Translations under genes and position numbers: made by a program | The notes under the pieces: generated by a model | What the model was told of the DNA's origin: nothing | Seen by the model: the letters and a program-made list of their open reading frames with translations, nothing else | The model's database searches: none | IMG/VR virus record: IMGVR_UViG_3300048881_000780 | Reading direction: 5' to 3' (one strand) | Source: a virus | Taxonomy: Duplodnaviria > Caudoviricetes | Length of the DNA stretch: 64,000 bases | In this document: in pieces, positions 18,438-28,154 of the stretch | Layout of the letters: each line of letters opens with the position of its first letter | Position numbering within the stretch: the stretch's first letter is position 1

Positions 18438-18493
18438 TAAGAATCTCCCTTGAGTTACTTATCGTAACTTTACGATAAGATAGAAAAGGAGGC

Positions 18494-19015
18494 TTGATGA
18501 GCTTTATAAAATATAATGATTTTTTTAGAAAATTTAACCTAGTAAAAGATTTATCAGATTTACCAAGAGAGCTTTCTGATAAAATAAAGTCGGAAGATAT
18601 AAGATGTGAGATCGAATATAGAGATAATTATATTTCCTTTCAGTTTAAATCAAAAAGTTTAAAACATGTCGAAGATTGGATATCTAAAAACCCTGGCAGT
18701 ATGCATATAGGATGTCTAACTATCGAAGATAGAGTATTTAGCTATCACAACCATCAGAGAACAGCCAATAGAGAGTATGCATTTATTATTCTTGGAGAGG
18801 TTGATAAATTTTTAAGCACTTGTCAGCTAGATGAAGACCTAATTGATGAAATAGATATCTTAGAAAGTGAACTTGATGTAGCTTCCACTAACAGTGAAGA
18901 AAAAGAGTTGATCAACGAGATATTATCAAAATCTCGAGACATTTTAAAATGGGAGCATAGCTCAGATGAAAATATGGGTTATGCCAGAAAATATATATCT
19001 AAATACGAAAGTTAA
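18494..19015 (+). CDS. Hypothetical protein, 173 aa
   Basis: AGGAGG RBS; TACGATAA at 18471-18478. Confidence 0.7.
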   Translation: MMSFIKYNDFFRKFNLVKDLSDLPRELSDKIKSEDIRCEIEYRDNYISFQFKSKSLKHVEDWISKNPGSMHIGCLTIEDRVFSYHNHQRTANREYAFIILGEVDKFLSTCQLDEDLIDEIDILESELDVASTNSEEKELINEILSKSRDILKWEHSSDENMGYARKYISKYES

Positions 19016-19121
19016 TTATACATACATACGCGATAGGTTCTCTTTTTTAATTCATGTATATGTATGTATATTTTAAATTTATTAGATATTTAAGCTCTCT
19101 AAATATACATTAAAAAGAAAA

Positions 19122-19703
19122 TCATACTTCTATCTTTTTATTTTCATGTATATTTGTATTGATTTTATTTTCGGCCTCTTCTCTTGATATATTTAGATTA
19201 TCCATGAGAACTTTAATTTCTTTATTCTTAATTCGCTCAACCCTTTTAAGTTTGTCACAATCTTTACAAGAGGATCTTCTGTTTTTTAATCCATGGCTAT
19301 CAATAACAAAATCATCAATATGTTTTGGTAAATTACAAACGGAGCATATTTTCTTATCTGTTTGCAAATTACTTAATGCAACTTTTCTAGCGTCACCTAT
19401 AGATAAATTTCTTTCACTTGCTATTGATTTTACTAAAGACTCTAGAGAAGAATTAATTCTCTTTTTCTTATCGCATTCTTTACAGGATGACCTTCTACCT
19501 TTCTTACCATTTTTATCGACGACAAAATCATTTAGATTTAGTATTTGCTGACAAGATGAGCACTTCTTTGCACCTAAGATCTCTTGCTTAGTTATTGAGC
19601 TTGATGATTCGTGATGAAAGATCTTATTGTTATTTATAAAAGACATTAAATCTTCGAACTCTTTATCACTTTTAAACATGAATGAAATAGTCTTATTAAT
19701 CAT
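19122..19703 (-). CDS. Double zinc-finger protein (two CxxC...F..D..G...RSSCKxC units)
   Basis: Internal duplication; related to 11510..11824. Confidence 0.75.
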   Translation of the reverse strand: MINKTISFMFKSDKEFEDLMSFINNNKIFHHESSSSITKQEILGAKKCSSCQQILNLNDFVVDKNGKKGRRSSCKECDKKKRINSSLESLVKSIASERNLSIGDARKVALSNLQTDKKICSVCNLPKHIDDFVIDSHGLKNRRSSCKDCDKLKRVERIKNKEIKVLMDNLNISREEAENKINTNIHENKKIEV

Positions 19704-19803
19704 TCGTTAGAAATAGCGTGAAACGAATATAATGGCAATTAGTACTGTAGTATTTTCAATAAATTAGTTCTAGCTTATTAAATTATAACGAGTTAAATGA
19801 CAT

Positions 19804-20526
19804 TTATTCGTCATCAAAGAAGAGTTTTTCAAACTCTTTGTAGGCCGAAATATCTCTGTGGACCCAGATTCCTTCGGAGTTTTCAGCATCCTTTTTACAG
19901 TAAATAACTTCCATATTGTACTTGTTTCCATTTAAATTATATTCACAATTCGTTATTAAAACTTTACCAGACATTGAAGTCCCTTCTTTCCACATCGTTT
20001 TTGCAGTTTCCTTTCCTACCAAATAACCACTTGGAACAACTTGTTGATCAACACCAAGTAAGTCCATTAAACTTTGAGAAAGTCTTGTCTCATCGGGATT
20101 TGAGAAGTTTAAGTCATATCTATTAAAAGAGGGATCTTTAATTATTGATTTAATAGAAGAGTTTTGAAACTCCATCTGCTCCATCATCTCAACACAGTGA
20201 AAGAAGTTGTAAATATCCGACTCTGAGTACTGATTAATTGAAAAGAATTCCTTGGCCTCACTTTTTGAAATTGAATAGATTTCATAATTTTTTAAAATAC
20301 TCTCACCTTTGCAAATTTCAGAAAGAGAGAGATTTAATACTTTGCAAATATCGGATAGTACTTTTATCTTAGGCGCAATTTCTCCGTTTTCAATTCTTTG
20401 ATAACTTCTGAGGCTAATATTGACCTGAAAGGCCACTTCCTCTTGAGTGAGTCTGTGAAATTTTCGACTTCCAGATAATCTAATCGCTATCGATTTTAAA
20501 AAACTATTTATTGCGGCCTTGTTCAT
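19804..20526 (-). CDS. XRE-family transcriptional regulator with C-terminal sensor-like domain
   Basis: LTQEEVAFQVNISLRSYQRIENG; start likely 20526. Confidence 0.82.
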   Translation of the reverse strand: MNKAAINSFLKSIAIRLSGSRKFHRLTQEEVAFQVNISLRSYQRIENGEIAPKIKVLSDICKVLNLSLSEICKGESILKNYEIYSISKSEAKEFFSINQYSESDIYNFFHCVEMMEQMEFQNSSIKSIIKDPSFNRYDLNFSNPDETRLSQSLMDLLGVDQQVVPSGYLVGKETAKTMWKEGTSMSGKVLITNCEYNLNGNKYNMEVIYCKKDAENSEGIWVHRDISAYKEFEKLFFDDE

Positions 20527-20583
20527 GTATTGTCTATATCTCAAAATATAGACTATTCTACAAGGAATAAAGATCAAACGGGC

Positions 20584-20979
20584 TTATTCATCAGGTTCTT
20601 CATCGCTGTTATCAATAACTGTAGTTGGAATATTCAATAAAATATCCGAATCGCTCTTTAAATTTTCTTCAGCCTCTTTGATTTTAAATAAGAAATGATG
20701 AAGATCTCGAATAGATCCATTTAGATGTTGTGAATACTGCTCGAACTCTCTCGTTTCTACATTTTTTAATAAATCCTCTATTGAGTAATTTAGAATATTG
20801 CAAAGTTTATTTAATGTTTTTAACTTGGGAGAAAAGCTTCCCTGCTCTAAAAGTTTTAGATTTTTAACTGAAATTCCAACTTCTTTAGAAACGTACTCTT
20901 CAGTTAAATTTAATTCCAATCTTCTCTCTTTTAACTGAGAGGAAAGTAACTCCAGAAGTTCACTATAAGACTCTTCCAT
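20584..20979 (-). CDS. XRE-family transcriptional regulator
   Basis: LTEEYVSKEVGISVKNLKLLEQG...P; AGGAGG RBS before 20979. Confidence 0.8.
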   Translation of the reverse strand: MEESYSELLELLSSQLKERRLELNLTEEYVSKEVGISVKNLKLLEQGSFSPKLKTLNKLCNILNYSIEDLLKNVETREFEQYSQHLNGSIRDLHHFLFKIKEAEENLKSDSDILLNIPTTVIDNSDEEPDE

Positions 20980-21083
20980 ATGATCCTCCTTCAATAGAGT
21001 ACCTATGTAGTAATTATCGAGGTAAACAGAGGTAGACACAAGGAATAATAAAGTTTCCACACCTAAATATTTCTAAAGTTTTG

Positions 21084-22268
21084 TTAGTATTTAATATCTT
21101 TAGTTATTGAAGTTTTGGAGTCCCTATCCGTGTCAACGTATTTTATTGTCTGATTTGATGATTGTGTATGAAAAGTGCTAGAAAGAGTTGGCATATCACA
21201 AGTTTTACTAAGCTCTGTGATTACTAACGTTCTTAGAGAGTGAGGCCTTTGGTACGTCTTATCTATCTTGTCACAAAATGCGGAGATCGCCTTTCTTAAG
21301 TAACCCGTTGTTATTCTCTTATAGTTTCCGTTCTTTGATCTTCTATGTAGCGTCTGCAAGAAGCTTTCATAGATCCTAGTCTTTCTTTGTTTTAATCCAT
21401 TACAATCCGGACACTGATGAGAATCAAAACTTTCAAACTCACATAGCTCACAAATGAATCCATTAATATAATGTCTTGCTGATAATATCTCTTCTTTACT
21501 TCTGGCCACATATCCCTTATATCTCGCTCGAGAGACTAATCTTTTTTCAAATAGTTCTAACTGATCTAAGTATTGATCGAGTGCTTCTAAGGCGCTGTCT
21601 GAAAGAGTGAAGATTCTTTCTAGGTTAGTTTTCTTTTCTTTGAACTTAAAATAGAAGTCACCTTCTTCAGAATATTTTAAATCATTAAAACTCATTCTAA
21701 CCAAGTCGATAGATCGCATACCAGTATAGGATAGAAAGAGAATTGCAAATCTTCCGAACATTTCTTTATACGTTAATATATCTAAATCTTTAAATTCAAT
21801 AATCTCTGTAATGACATCTTTATCGGCCTTAGCAGTTAAAATCCTACCAACATCTCTAATATCTTTAACTTTTTTTACAACTTTAACTGGATTGGATTTT
21901 ACGATATCTAAATCTTCAGCAATTTGATAAAACGATTTAATTATATTTATCTCAAGATTTCTCGTTGTAGGTGCCCCACTTCTTGTTTCAAAATAAAGAA
22001 GTGCCTGCTCCTTAGTAACCATATCAAATTTAACTTCATGGCATTCAAAAAAATCTAACCATCTAGAAATTGCTCGATCATAATTTCTTCTAGAGTTTTT
22101 ATTTTTAAGTCTATTAAAGATATGAACTAAGACTGTTGCTAACCTTGGTTGATTTTTTAAGAAGGAAAGTGATGACAAATCACTAAGTTCTCTTTGTGTG
22201 CTTATCTCTAATTTTTTAACAACTTGATTCATGGTAAAAAGATCCAGGTAGATAAGTTGCATCCCCAT
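21084..22268 (-). CDS. Tyrosine recombinase with inserted C4 zinc ribbon
   Basis: TGMR, KEKKT, HSLR, H...TIKY catalytic set; CELC...CPDC insert. Confidence 0.85.
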   Translation of the reverse strand: MGMQLIYLDLFTMNQVVKKLEISTQRELSDLSSLSFLKNQPRLATVLVHIFNRLKNKNSRRNYDRAISRWLDFFECHEVKFDMVTKEQALLYFETRSGAPTTRNLEINIIKSFYQIAEDLDIVKSNPVKVVKKVKDIRDVGRILTAKADKDVITEIIEFKDLDILTYKEMFGRFAILFLSYTGMRSIDLVRMSFNDLKYSEEGDFYFKFKEKKTNLERIFTLSDSALEALDQYLDQLELFEKRLVSRARYKGYVARSKEEILSARHYINGFICELCEFESFDSHQCPDCNGLKQRKTRIYESFLQTLHRRSKNGNYKRITTGYLRKAISAFCDKIDKTYQRPHSLRTLVITELSKTCDMPTLSSTFHTQSSNQTIKYVDTDRDSKTSITKDIKY

Positions 22269-22704
22269 GACTAGATAGTATCTTAACTAACTTCCATTTT
22301 AATTCGTGATTTTTGAAATCTTCTAAAGGGGAACCTGACTCGAGATAATGAAGTATTTCTAAAACAGTAAAAAGAGATGAATAAGACTCTCTAATTTCCT
22401 CTTGATCACCTTTTTTTAAAGATTGCTCATATATTGAAATACGTAATTTTATTTCTTCTAATTGTTTTATCTCAAGTTCTTTGGCCTTTTTAGCGTAATT
22501 ACTTAAATATTTAATGATTGAGCCATCCCCAGCATTTTTTCTAAAAACTCTTGGATCCAATTCTTTTTTAAAGCTTTTAAAATTACTATAGACGCTTTGC
22601 GACAATTGAGCATGAAGAGAGTATGTTTTATGTAACTTGCTGTTTTTAGGCTTTTTAATGGATTTAAGATCACTCAATAGTTCTGAAATTTGTACTTCAT
22701 TCAT
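22216..22704 (-). CDS. Hypothetical protein coupled to the recombinase
   Basis: Overlaps recombinase 5' end. Confidence 0.65.
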   Translation of the reverse strand: MNEVQISELLSDLKSIKKPKNSKLHKTYSLHAQLSQSVYSNFKSFKKELDPRVFRKNAGDGSIIKYLSNYAKKAKELEIKQLEEIKLRISIYEQSLKKGDQEEIRESYSSLFTVLEILHYLESGSPLEDFKNHELKWKLVKILSSHGDATYLPGSFYHESSC

Positions 22705-22797
22705 AAGTAATATTCTATCTCCAATTCTCTATAAGTCCAAATGCCTTTTTAAAATTTTTGTCTCCAAAAAATTATAATAATCAAAATAGGAGTAAAT

Positions 22798-25700
22798 ATG
22801 TTCACTAAAAGATTATTATCAATCATTTTAACCTCATTCCTTCTTACAGGATGTGTAAAACCCACAAATAACAATAAAGGTCCAAGCGTATTAAACGAAA
22901 TTGAAGAAACTAAATCAGAGCAATATATCTCTGTTATTGTTAATTCTAATTACAAAGTTATAGATTCAATAGCTAACTTGGGTTCCAATATCGGTTGGTC
23001 ATCTAGAGTCCTTGATATTTGTGAGATCAGAGAAAATGCTGGTAATTATGAAGTTAGATTAAAGGACGGACTCAGCTTTACGAAAGATACAATCATTTTC
23101 GCAAACGCAAACGATAAACTTGTTGGTTTTATGTTTGAAGGTGTTGAAGATGTTGGAGGCACTTTAAATGGAGTTATTGTAGATATCGCTCCAGAAATTA
23201 GTCAGATTATCAGTATTCCTATCGTTAGCGAAAGTGCTCCATCTGTTAACTTAAGATCTCCAAAAATAAAAATCATTTTAGATGGAGAAACAGTTCCTCA
23301 AACGTACACAGGCTTATCAATTACTTCAAGAGGTAGAATCAGTGTCCCAAAAGATATAGGTGGAGAAGTAATTATTGAATCAAACCGTAGAGAATACGGG
23401 AGATTTACTTTAACTAGGTTTGGACCAGGTTCTCTAGTTATGCCTGATCTTATTCCGGAATTCAATCCAACGGCCATAACATTATCAACAGATGAAGATG
23501 TAACTGAAGCATTTCAAATTCCTGAGGCATCTTTTCCAGCCGTCGGAGTACAGGAGTATGAAGTTAGAGATAATCCAACTAATGGAACACTAGCTTGTAC
23601 AAATAGAGATTGTTCTTACACTCCAAACCCTGGATTTGTGGGGGTGGATACTTTTTCAGTAAGAGCGTTTTTAGATAGATCACCTAGTGAGCCACTAGTG
23701 TACACAATGAATGTTCTAGACACTCCAGATAATCCGATCCTTGAGGATGCAAATCTTGTTGTTACTGATGAAAATACTCCTGTAGCTTTTAATTTAGCTA
23801 ATGCAACTGATCCAGATGGTGATGTAAATTTAACATACACAATTGTTTCTCCACTTGGAGCGGGAGACGGAACTCTTACATGTTCTGTAATGCCAGCTTG
23901 TAATTATACTCCAGTGAATGGATTTGTTGGCGAAGTAAGTTTCACATTAAAAGTAACTGACTCGACAGGCTTAGATTCTCAAACTAAGATTCAAAGAATT
24001 CAAGTTAACAATGTTAATGATGCTCCTGTTTTAGATGACCCTGTATTAGTTGAAACAAATCAAGCAACACCTGTTACATTTAATCTACCATCAGCAAGTG
24101 ATGCTGATGGTGATGCAATAACATATTTCAAAGAGAGTGATCCTTCTAATGGCGGAATAAGCTGTAATTTATCAGCTAATCCAAAGACTTGTACTTATTC
24201 TCCAAATATTTCATTTGTTGGTGATGACTCTTTTTCTATTTACGTTGAAGATTCAAATTCTGCTAGATCTGCATCTAAAACTATAACAATAAGAGTTCAT
24301 GACGTTAACGAGGCTCCAACAATCGCAGCTCAAAGCGTTGCCTACTCTACGAATGAAGATACTACTCTAACTGGAATGCAATTACCTCTAGGTAGTGACC
24401 CAGACGGAGATGCTGTTAGACATGTAGTTGTCACTAATCCAGCAAACGGATCAATAACTTGTTCAAATTCAGGGCTATGTAATTATACTCCATCTCTAAA
24501 CTTCAATGGTACAGACACTTTGCAAGTAAAGGTAACTGACGAATCACTTGATTCAGAAATTAGAGATATCACAATTACTGTAAACCCAATTAATGATGCT
24601 CCTGAGTTATCTATTGCGTCGGGACCTGTTACAACTCCTGAAAACACTCCAGTCACATTTACAATCCCAATGACCGCTTCTGATGTAGATAACACTCAAG
24701 GTGAATTAACATGGAATGTTTCGGCCCCAGTAAATGGATCGATTGACTGCTCAAGTGCTCCAAGTTGTACTTATACTCCAAATAACTCATTTATAGGAAG
24801 TGAATCTTTAGATATTTATGTTTCTGATTTAGAGCCACTATCTTCAATAACAAGATCTCTAACGATTGATATTACAAATGTAAATGATGCCCCAGTGCTA
24901 GAGGAAATGGCCGGAGCAGTTATAACTAACGAAGATACTTTAGTTAATTTTCAACTACCAAATGCAAGTGATGCAGATGGAGACTCTCTTACATGGTTAG
25001 CTCACACTCAACCAGCTAACGGGACTCTATCTTGTAATGCTTCTGGAAATTGTGATTATACTCCATCTCTAAATTTTAACGGAGCAGACACATTTAAAGC
25101 AAAGGTTAATGATGGTTCACTAGATTCAAATATTGTTGATGTATCCATTACTGTTAATCCAATTAATGATGCCCCTGAATTATCTGTAGCCTCAAATGCA
25201 ATCAATACTCCTGAAGATACGCCGATTACTTTTACAATTCCAATGACTGCTACAGATGTAGATAATGCTCAAGGTGAATTAATATGGAGTGTTTCGGCCC
25301 CAGCGAATGGATCGATTGACTGTTCAAGTGCTCCAAGTTGTACGTACACTCCGAATTTAAACTTTGTGGGATCAGAAAGTTTATCTATTTCAATTTCAGA
25401 TCTTGAACCACTATCTTCTTCAGTTAGAACTCTAGAGATCAACGTTTCAAACTCAAATGATGCTCCAGTTCTGGCCTCTGTTTCAGATTTATCAACTGAT
25501 GAAGATCAGTCGGTTGATTTCACATTATCTGCAACTGACGCCGATGGAGACGCAATTAGTTATCTAGTTGAGTCACAAGGTGGTAACGGTTCAGTTTCTT
25601 GTGTAGATGAAAACTGTACATATACTCCAAACCTTAACTTTAATGGATCTGACTCTTTCCAGATGAAAGCAAATGATTCAACTGTGGATTCAAATATTAT

Positions 25701-28137
25701 CACTATTAATGTTACAGTTAACCCTGTTAACGATGCTCCTACAATGGAAGTAATGGCATCTACAGTTGTAACTGACGAAGACGTTGCAGTAGGATTTCAG
25801 CTACCTAATGGAAGTGATATTGATGGCGATGCTCTAGCTTGGACAATCGTTACTCAACCAACGAACGGTTCAGTTGTTTGTAGTGTTAGAGATTGTACAT
25901 ATACTCCAGACTCAGGATTCAGTGGTTCTGATTCTCTACAAGCAGTAGTAAATGACGGGACAATCAATTCAAATATTATTGACGTTGATTTTACAGTTAA
26001 TAATGTTAACTCAGCTCCAACTCTATCAGCAGTTGCTCCACTCTACACAGATATTAATACGCCTTTAGACTTCTCACTTTCTGCAAATGATATTGATGGG
26101 GATAGCTTAAGCTACATTGTTTCTTTTGCACCATCAAATGGAGTGACAAATTGTATATCAAATAATTGTACTTATACACCTAGTAACGACTTCAATGGAA
26201 GCGATTCTTTTCAAATGAAAGTAAATGATGGTGAAGTTGATTCAAATATCATTACTATAAATGTGCAAGTTGGACCGCCTCCAGCGACAGCTTTTCAGGT
26301 AGAAGAAGAGAAATCTAGAATGTTATTAACTCTTAATAATGATAAGGTCTCTTATATAGATGAATTAAATGTTTACAATGATGTTTTTATCTCTCCTCTT
26401 GGCCTAACTAGTAATTCTAGACTTGATTCTCTTAGAAATTTATCTGGAGGTTTTTTAGCCGATGTAGGTCCAATTAAAACTAGATACGGAATGGGTCATA
26501 TGTTAAATAACTATTTATCTGAGATGTATATAGTACCATTCATTCAACCAGTTAAGATAACCGATAGAGTCGCTTCTAGACAGACTGATTCAGAATCATG
26601 TTTTTTTCTTGGGGACGATAACGATAATGCTTATCTTCAATGTAACGGAAGTGCCAGTGGCTCTTACGCTAGTCTTGATACATGTGGATTTAATTTTAGT
26701 GAAATTATTGCCACTGATAAGTTTAGTAATATGATTGCAAAGAAAGGATCACTTGACTCGTCTAGTGGAAGTGATGTTTACACTTACCATAGGTATACAT
26801 GTGACGGAACTCAACAATGGGCCCCAATACCACTTGAAATTGAAGAGCCTCTAGGGTTTATAGCTCCAGGTCACGTTTACTATGAGAAATCTCCAGGGCT
26901 TTATGGGTTAATTAGTTTAATTGACTATACTGAAAAAACTGAGTTCACTAACTTTGGTGATATTTCTAAGAAATACAACATTAGAAATAGAACTACTGAA
27001 GACGTATTTGGTGCAGATAACGCTGGTGCAATAGGAAACCACCCGTCACTATATGGAGCTCCTCATGCCGTTATGGTTCCAATGGACTCTGGAGGAGAAG
27101 ATTATAAATTCTTTTTTAGAAGTGAAGATGGATCTACATATGCTTCAGGATTTACTTATCTTAATACTCATAGAAATGACGCAATATCTGATCATGTAGC
27201 AGTAAAGGTTTACTCTAATTATGGATTCGCAATTCCATTAAATGCAGCGGGAAAGATGACTCATATTGGAACACTTCACCCGGATTTTTTATCAATTAAG
27301 ACGGATACAATTCACGATATACTTGTTCATCCTCATGACATGATGGTTATCTCAACTAGCGGTAATTTTGTTATGATCCGTACGGGAGTTGGAAGTTCGA
27401 ACTTATTTCACGCATCTAACGTGAGAAAACTTGATGTTGATTTTGATATTACGAAAGCAGTAGACTTTACGATTATCGATAATACCGAAACTGGCGGTGA
27501 AGACGTTATCCTTGTCACAGATAGTGATTTAAATAGAGCTCTATATGCTGATTCTTATGCTAGTGGAAGTATTAACCCTGTTATTCACAAGAGAGCAGAT
27601 TTTACGTTTACAGCTGACGAGGAAGTAATGACAGAGTTCACTCTACCTGCGGCGGGTAGCGACCATTATATAGTATCTCAAGGGACTCAAAATGGGACAC
27701 TCGCCTGTGTATCTGGGGTGTGTCAGTATCATGGTAATCTAGACTTTAGAGGATCTGAATTCTTCTCTATAGTACCTTCTCTTGGTGGAGAAGAGAAATT
27801 GGTAGAGCTTGCAATTTTAGATACTCCTGATGCTCCAAAGTTAGGTACGGTGTCACCTCTTAGTGCTCCAAGTAATGGTGGATACTCTTATCTAGATATT
27901 CCAATCATTTCTAATCAAAGAGCAAGTGATTTAACAGTTGAAATCCTAGTTCAGCCAGCGAACGCAAGTGTACAGTGGTGTTCAGCGAGTCATGAGTATA
28001 ATAAGGATGAGGGCCTATTGAGATGTAGAGTTCTTGTTCCAAATATAGCGCCTTCTGGACCAGATACAATTAAGGTTAGAGTTACTGACTCAAAGGGACT
28101 GTCAGTTGAGATAGATATTAACTTTGATATATACTAA
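22798..28137 (+). CDS. Large surface lipoprotein/adhesin with ~12 disulfide-containing cadherin-like (Big_9/tandem-95) repeats
   Basis: Lipobox LTGC; repeated NDAP...T.ED...D.DGD...C...C.YTP units; N-terminal module related to 5445/7785 proteins. Confidence 0.9.
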   Translation: MFTKRLLSIILTSFLLTGCVKPTNNNKGPSVLNEIEETKSEQYISVIVNSNYKVIDSIANLGSNIGWSSRVLDICEIRENAGNYEVRLKDGLSFTKDTIIFANANDKLVGFMFEGVEDVGGTLNGVIVDIAPEISQIISIPIVSESAPSVNLRSPKIKIILDGETVPQTYTGLSITSRGRISVPKDIGGEVIIESNRREYGRFTLTRFGPGSLVMPDLIPEFNPTAITLSTDEDVTEAFQIPEASFPAVGVQEYEVRDNPTNGTLACTNRDCSYTPNPGFVGVDTFSVRAFLDRSPSEPLVYTMNVLDTPDNPILEDANLVVTDENTPVAFNLANATDPDGDVNLTYTIVSPLGAGDGTLTCSVMPACNYTPVNGFVGEVSFTLKVTDSTGLDSQTKIQRIQVNNVNDAPVLDDPVLVETNQATPVTFNLPSASDADGDAITYFKESDPSNGGISCNLSANPKTCTYSPNISFVGDDSFSIYVEDSNSARSASKTITIRVHDVNEAPTIAAQSVAYSTNEDTTLTGMQLPLGSDPDGDAVRHVVVTNPANGSITCSNSGLCNYTPSLNFNGTDTLQVKVTDESLDSEIRDITITVNPINDAPELSIASGPVTTPENTPVTFTIPMTASDVDNTQGELTWNVSAPVNGSIDCSSAPSCTYTPNNSFIGSESLDIYVSDLEPLSSITRSLTIDITNVNDAPVLEEMAGAVITNEDTLVNFQLPNASDADGDSLTWLAHTQPANGTLSCNASGNCDYTPSLNFNGADTFKAKVNDGSLDSNIVDVSITVNPINDAPELSVASNAINTPEDTPITFTIPMTATDVDNAQGELIWSVSAPANGSIDCSSAPSCTYTPNLNFVGSESLSISISDLEPLSSSVRTLEINVSNSNDAPVLASVSDLSTDEDQSVDFTLSATDADGDAISYLVESQGGNGSVSCVDENCTYTPNLNFNGSDSFQMKANDSTVDSNIITINVTVNPVNDAPTMEVMASTVVTDEDVAVGFQLPNGSDIDGDALAWTIVTQPTNGSVVCSVRDCTYTPDSGFSGSDSLQAVVNDGTINSNIIDVDFTVNNVNSAPTLSAVAPLYTDINTPLDFSLSANDIDGDSLSYIVSFAPSNGVTNCISNNCTYTPSNDFNGSDSFQMKVNDGEVDSNIITINVQVGPPPATAFQVEEEKSRMLLTLNNDKVSYIDELNVYNDVFISPLGLTSNSRLDSLRNLSGGFLADVGPIKTRYGMGHMLNNYLSEMYIVPFIQPVKITDRVASRQTDSESCFFLGDDNDNAYLQCNGSASGSYASLDTCGFNFSEIIATDKFSNMIAKKGSLDSSSGSDVYTYHRYTCDGTQQWAPIPLEIEEPLGFIAPGHVYYEKSPGLYGLISLIDYTEKTEFTNFGDISKKYNIRNRTTEDVFGADNAGAIGNHPSLYGAPHAVMVPMDSGGEDYKFFFRSEDGSTYASGFTYLNTHRNDAISDHVAVKVYSNYGFAIPLNAAGKMTHIGTLHPDFLSIKTDTIHDILVHPHDMMVISTSGNFVMIRTGVGSSNLFHASNVRKLDVDFDITKAVDFTIIDNTETGGEDVILVTDSDLNRALYADSYASGSINPVIHKRADFTFTADEEVMTEFTLPAAGSDHYIVSQGTQNGTLACVSGVCQYHGNLDFRGSEFFSIVPSLGGEEKLVELAILDTPDAPKLGTVSPLSAPSNGGYSYLDIPIISNQRASDLTVEILVQPANASVQWCSASHEYNKDEGLLRCRVLVPNIAPSGPDTIKVRVTDSKGLSVEIDINFDIY

Positions 28138-28154
28138 TAATTTGAAGACTGGGG

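Noticed and set aside
19017-19072. TATACATACATA / TATGTATGTATA inverted repeat as a special element
   Set aside because: Low complexity and between convergent genes; most simply a terminator-like hairpin
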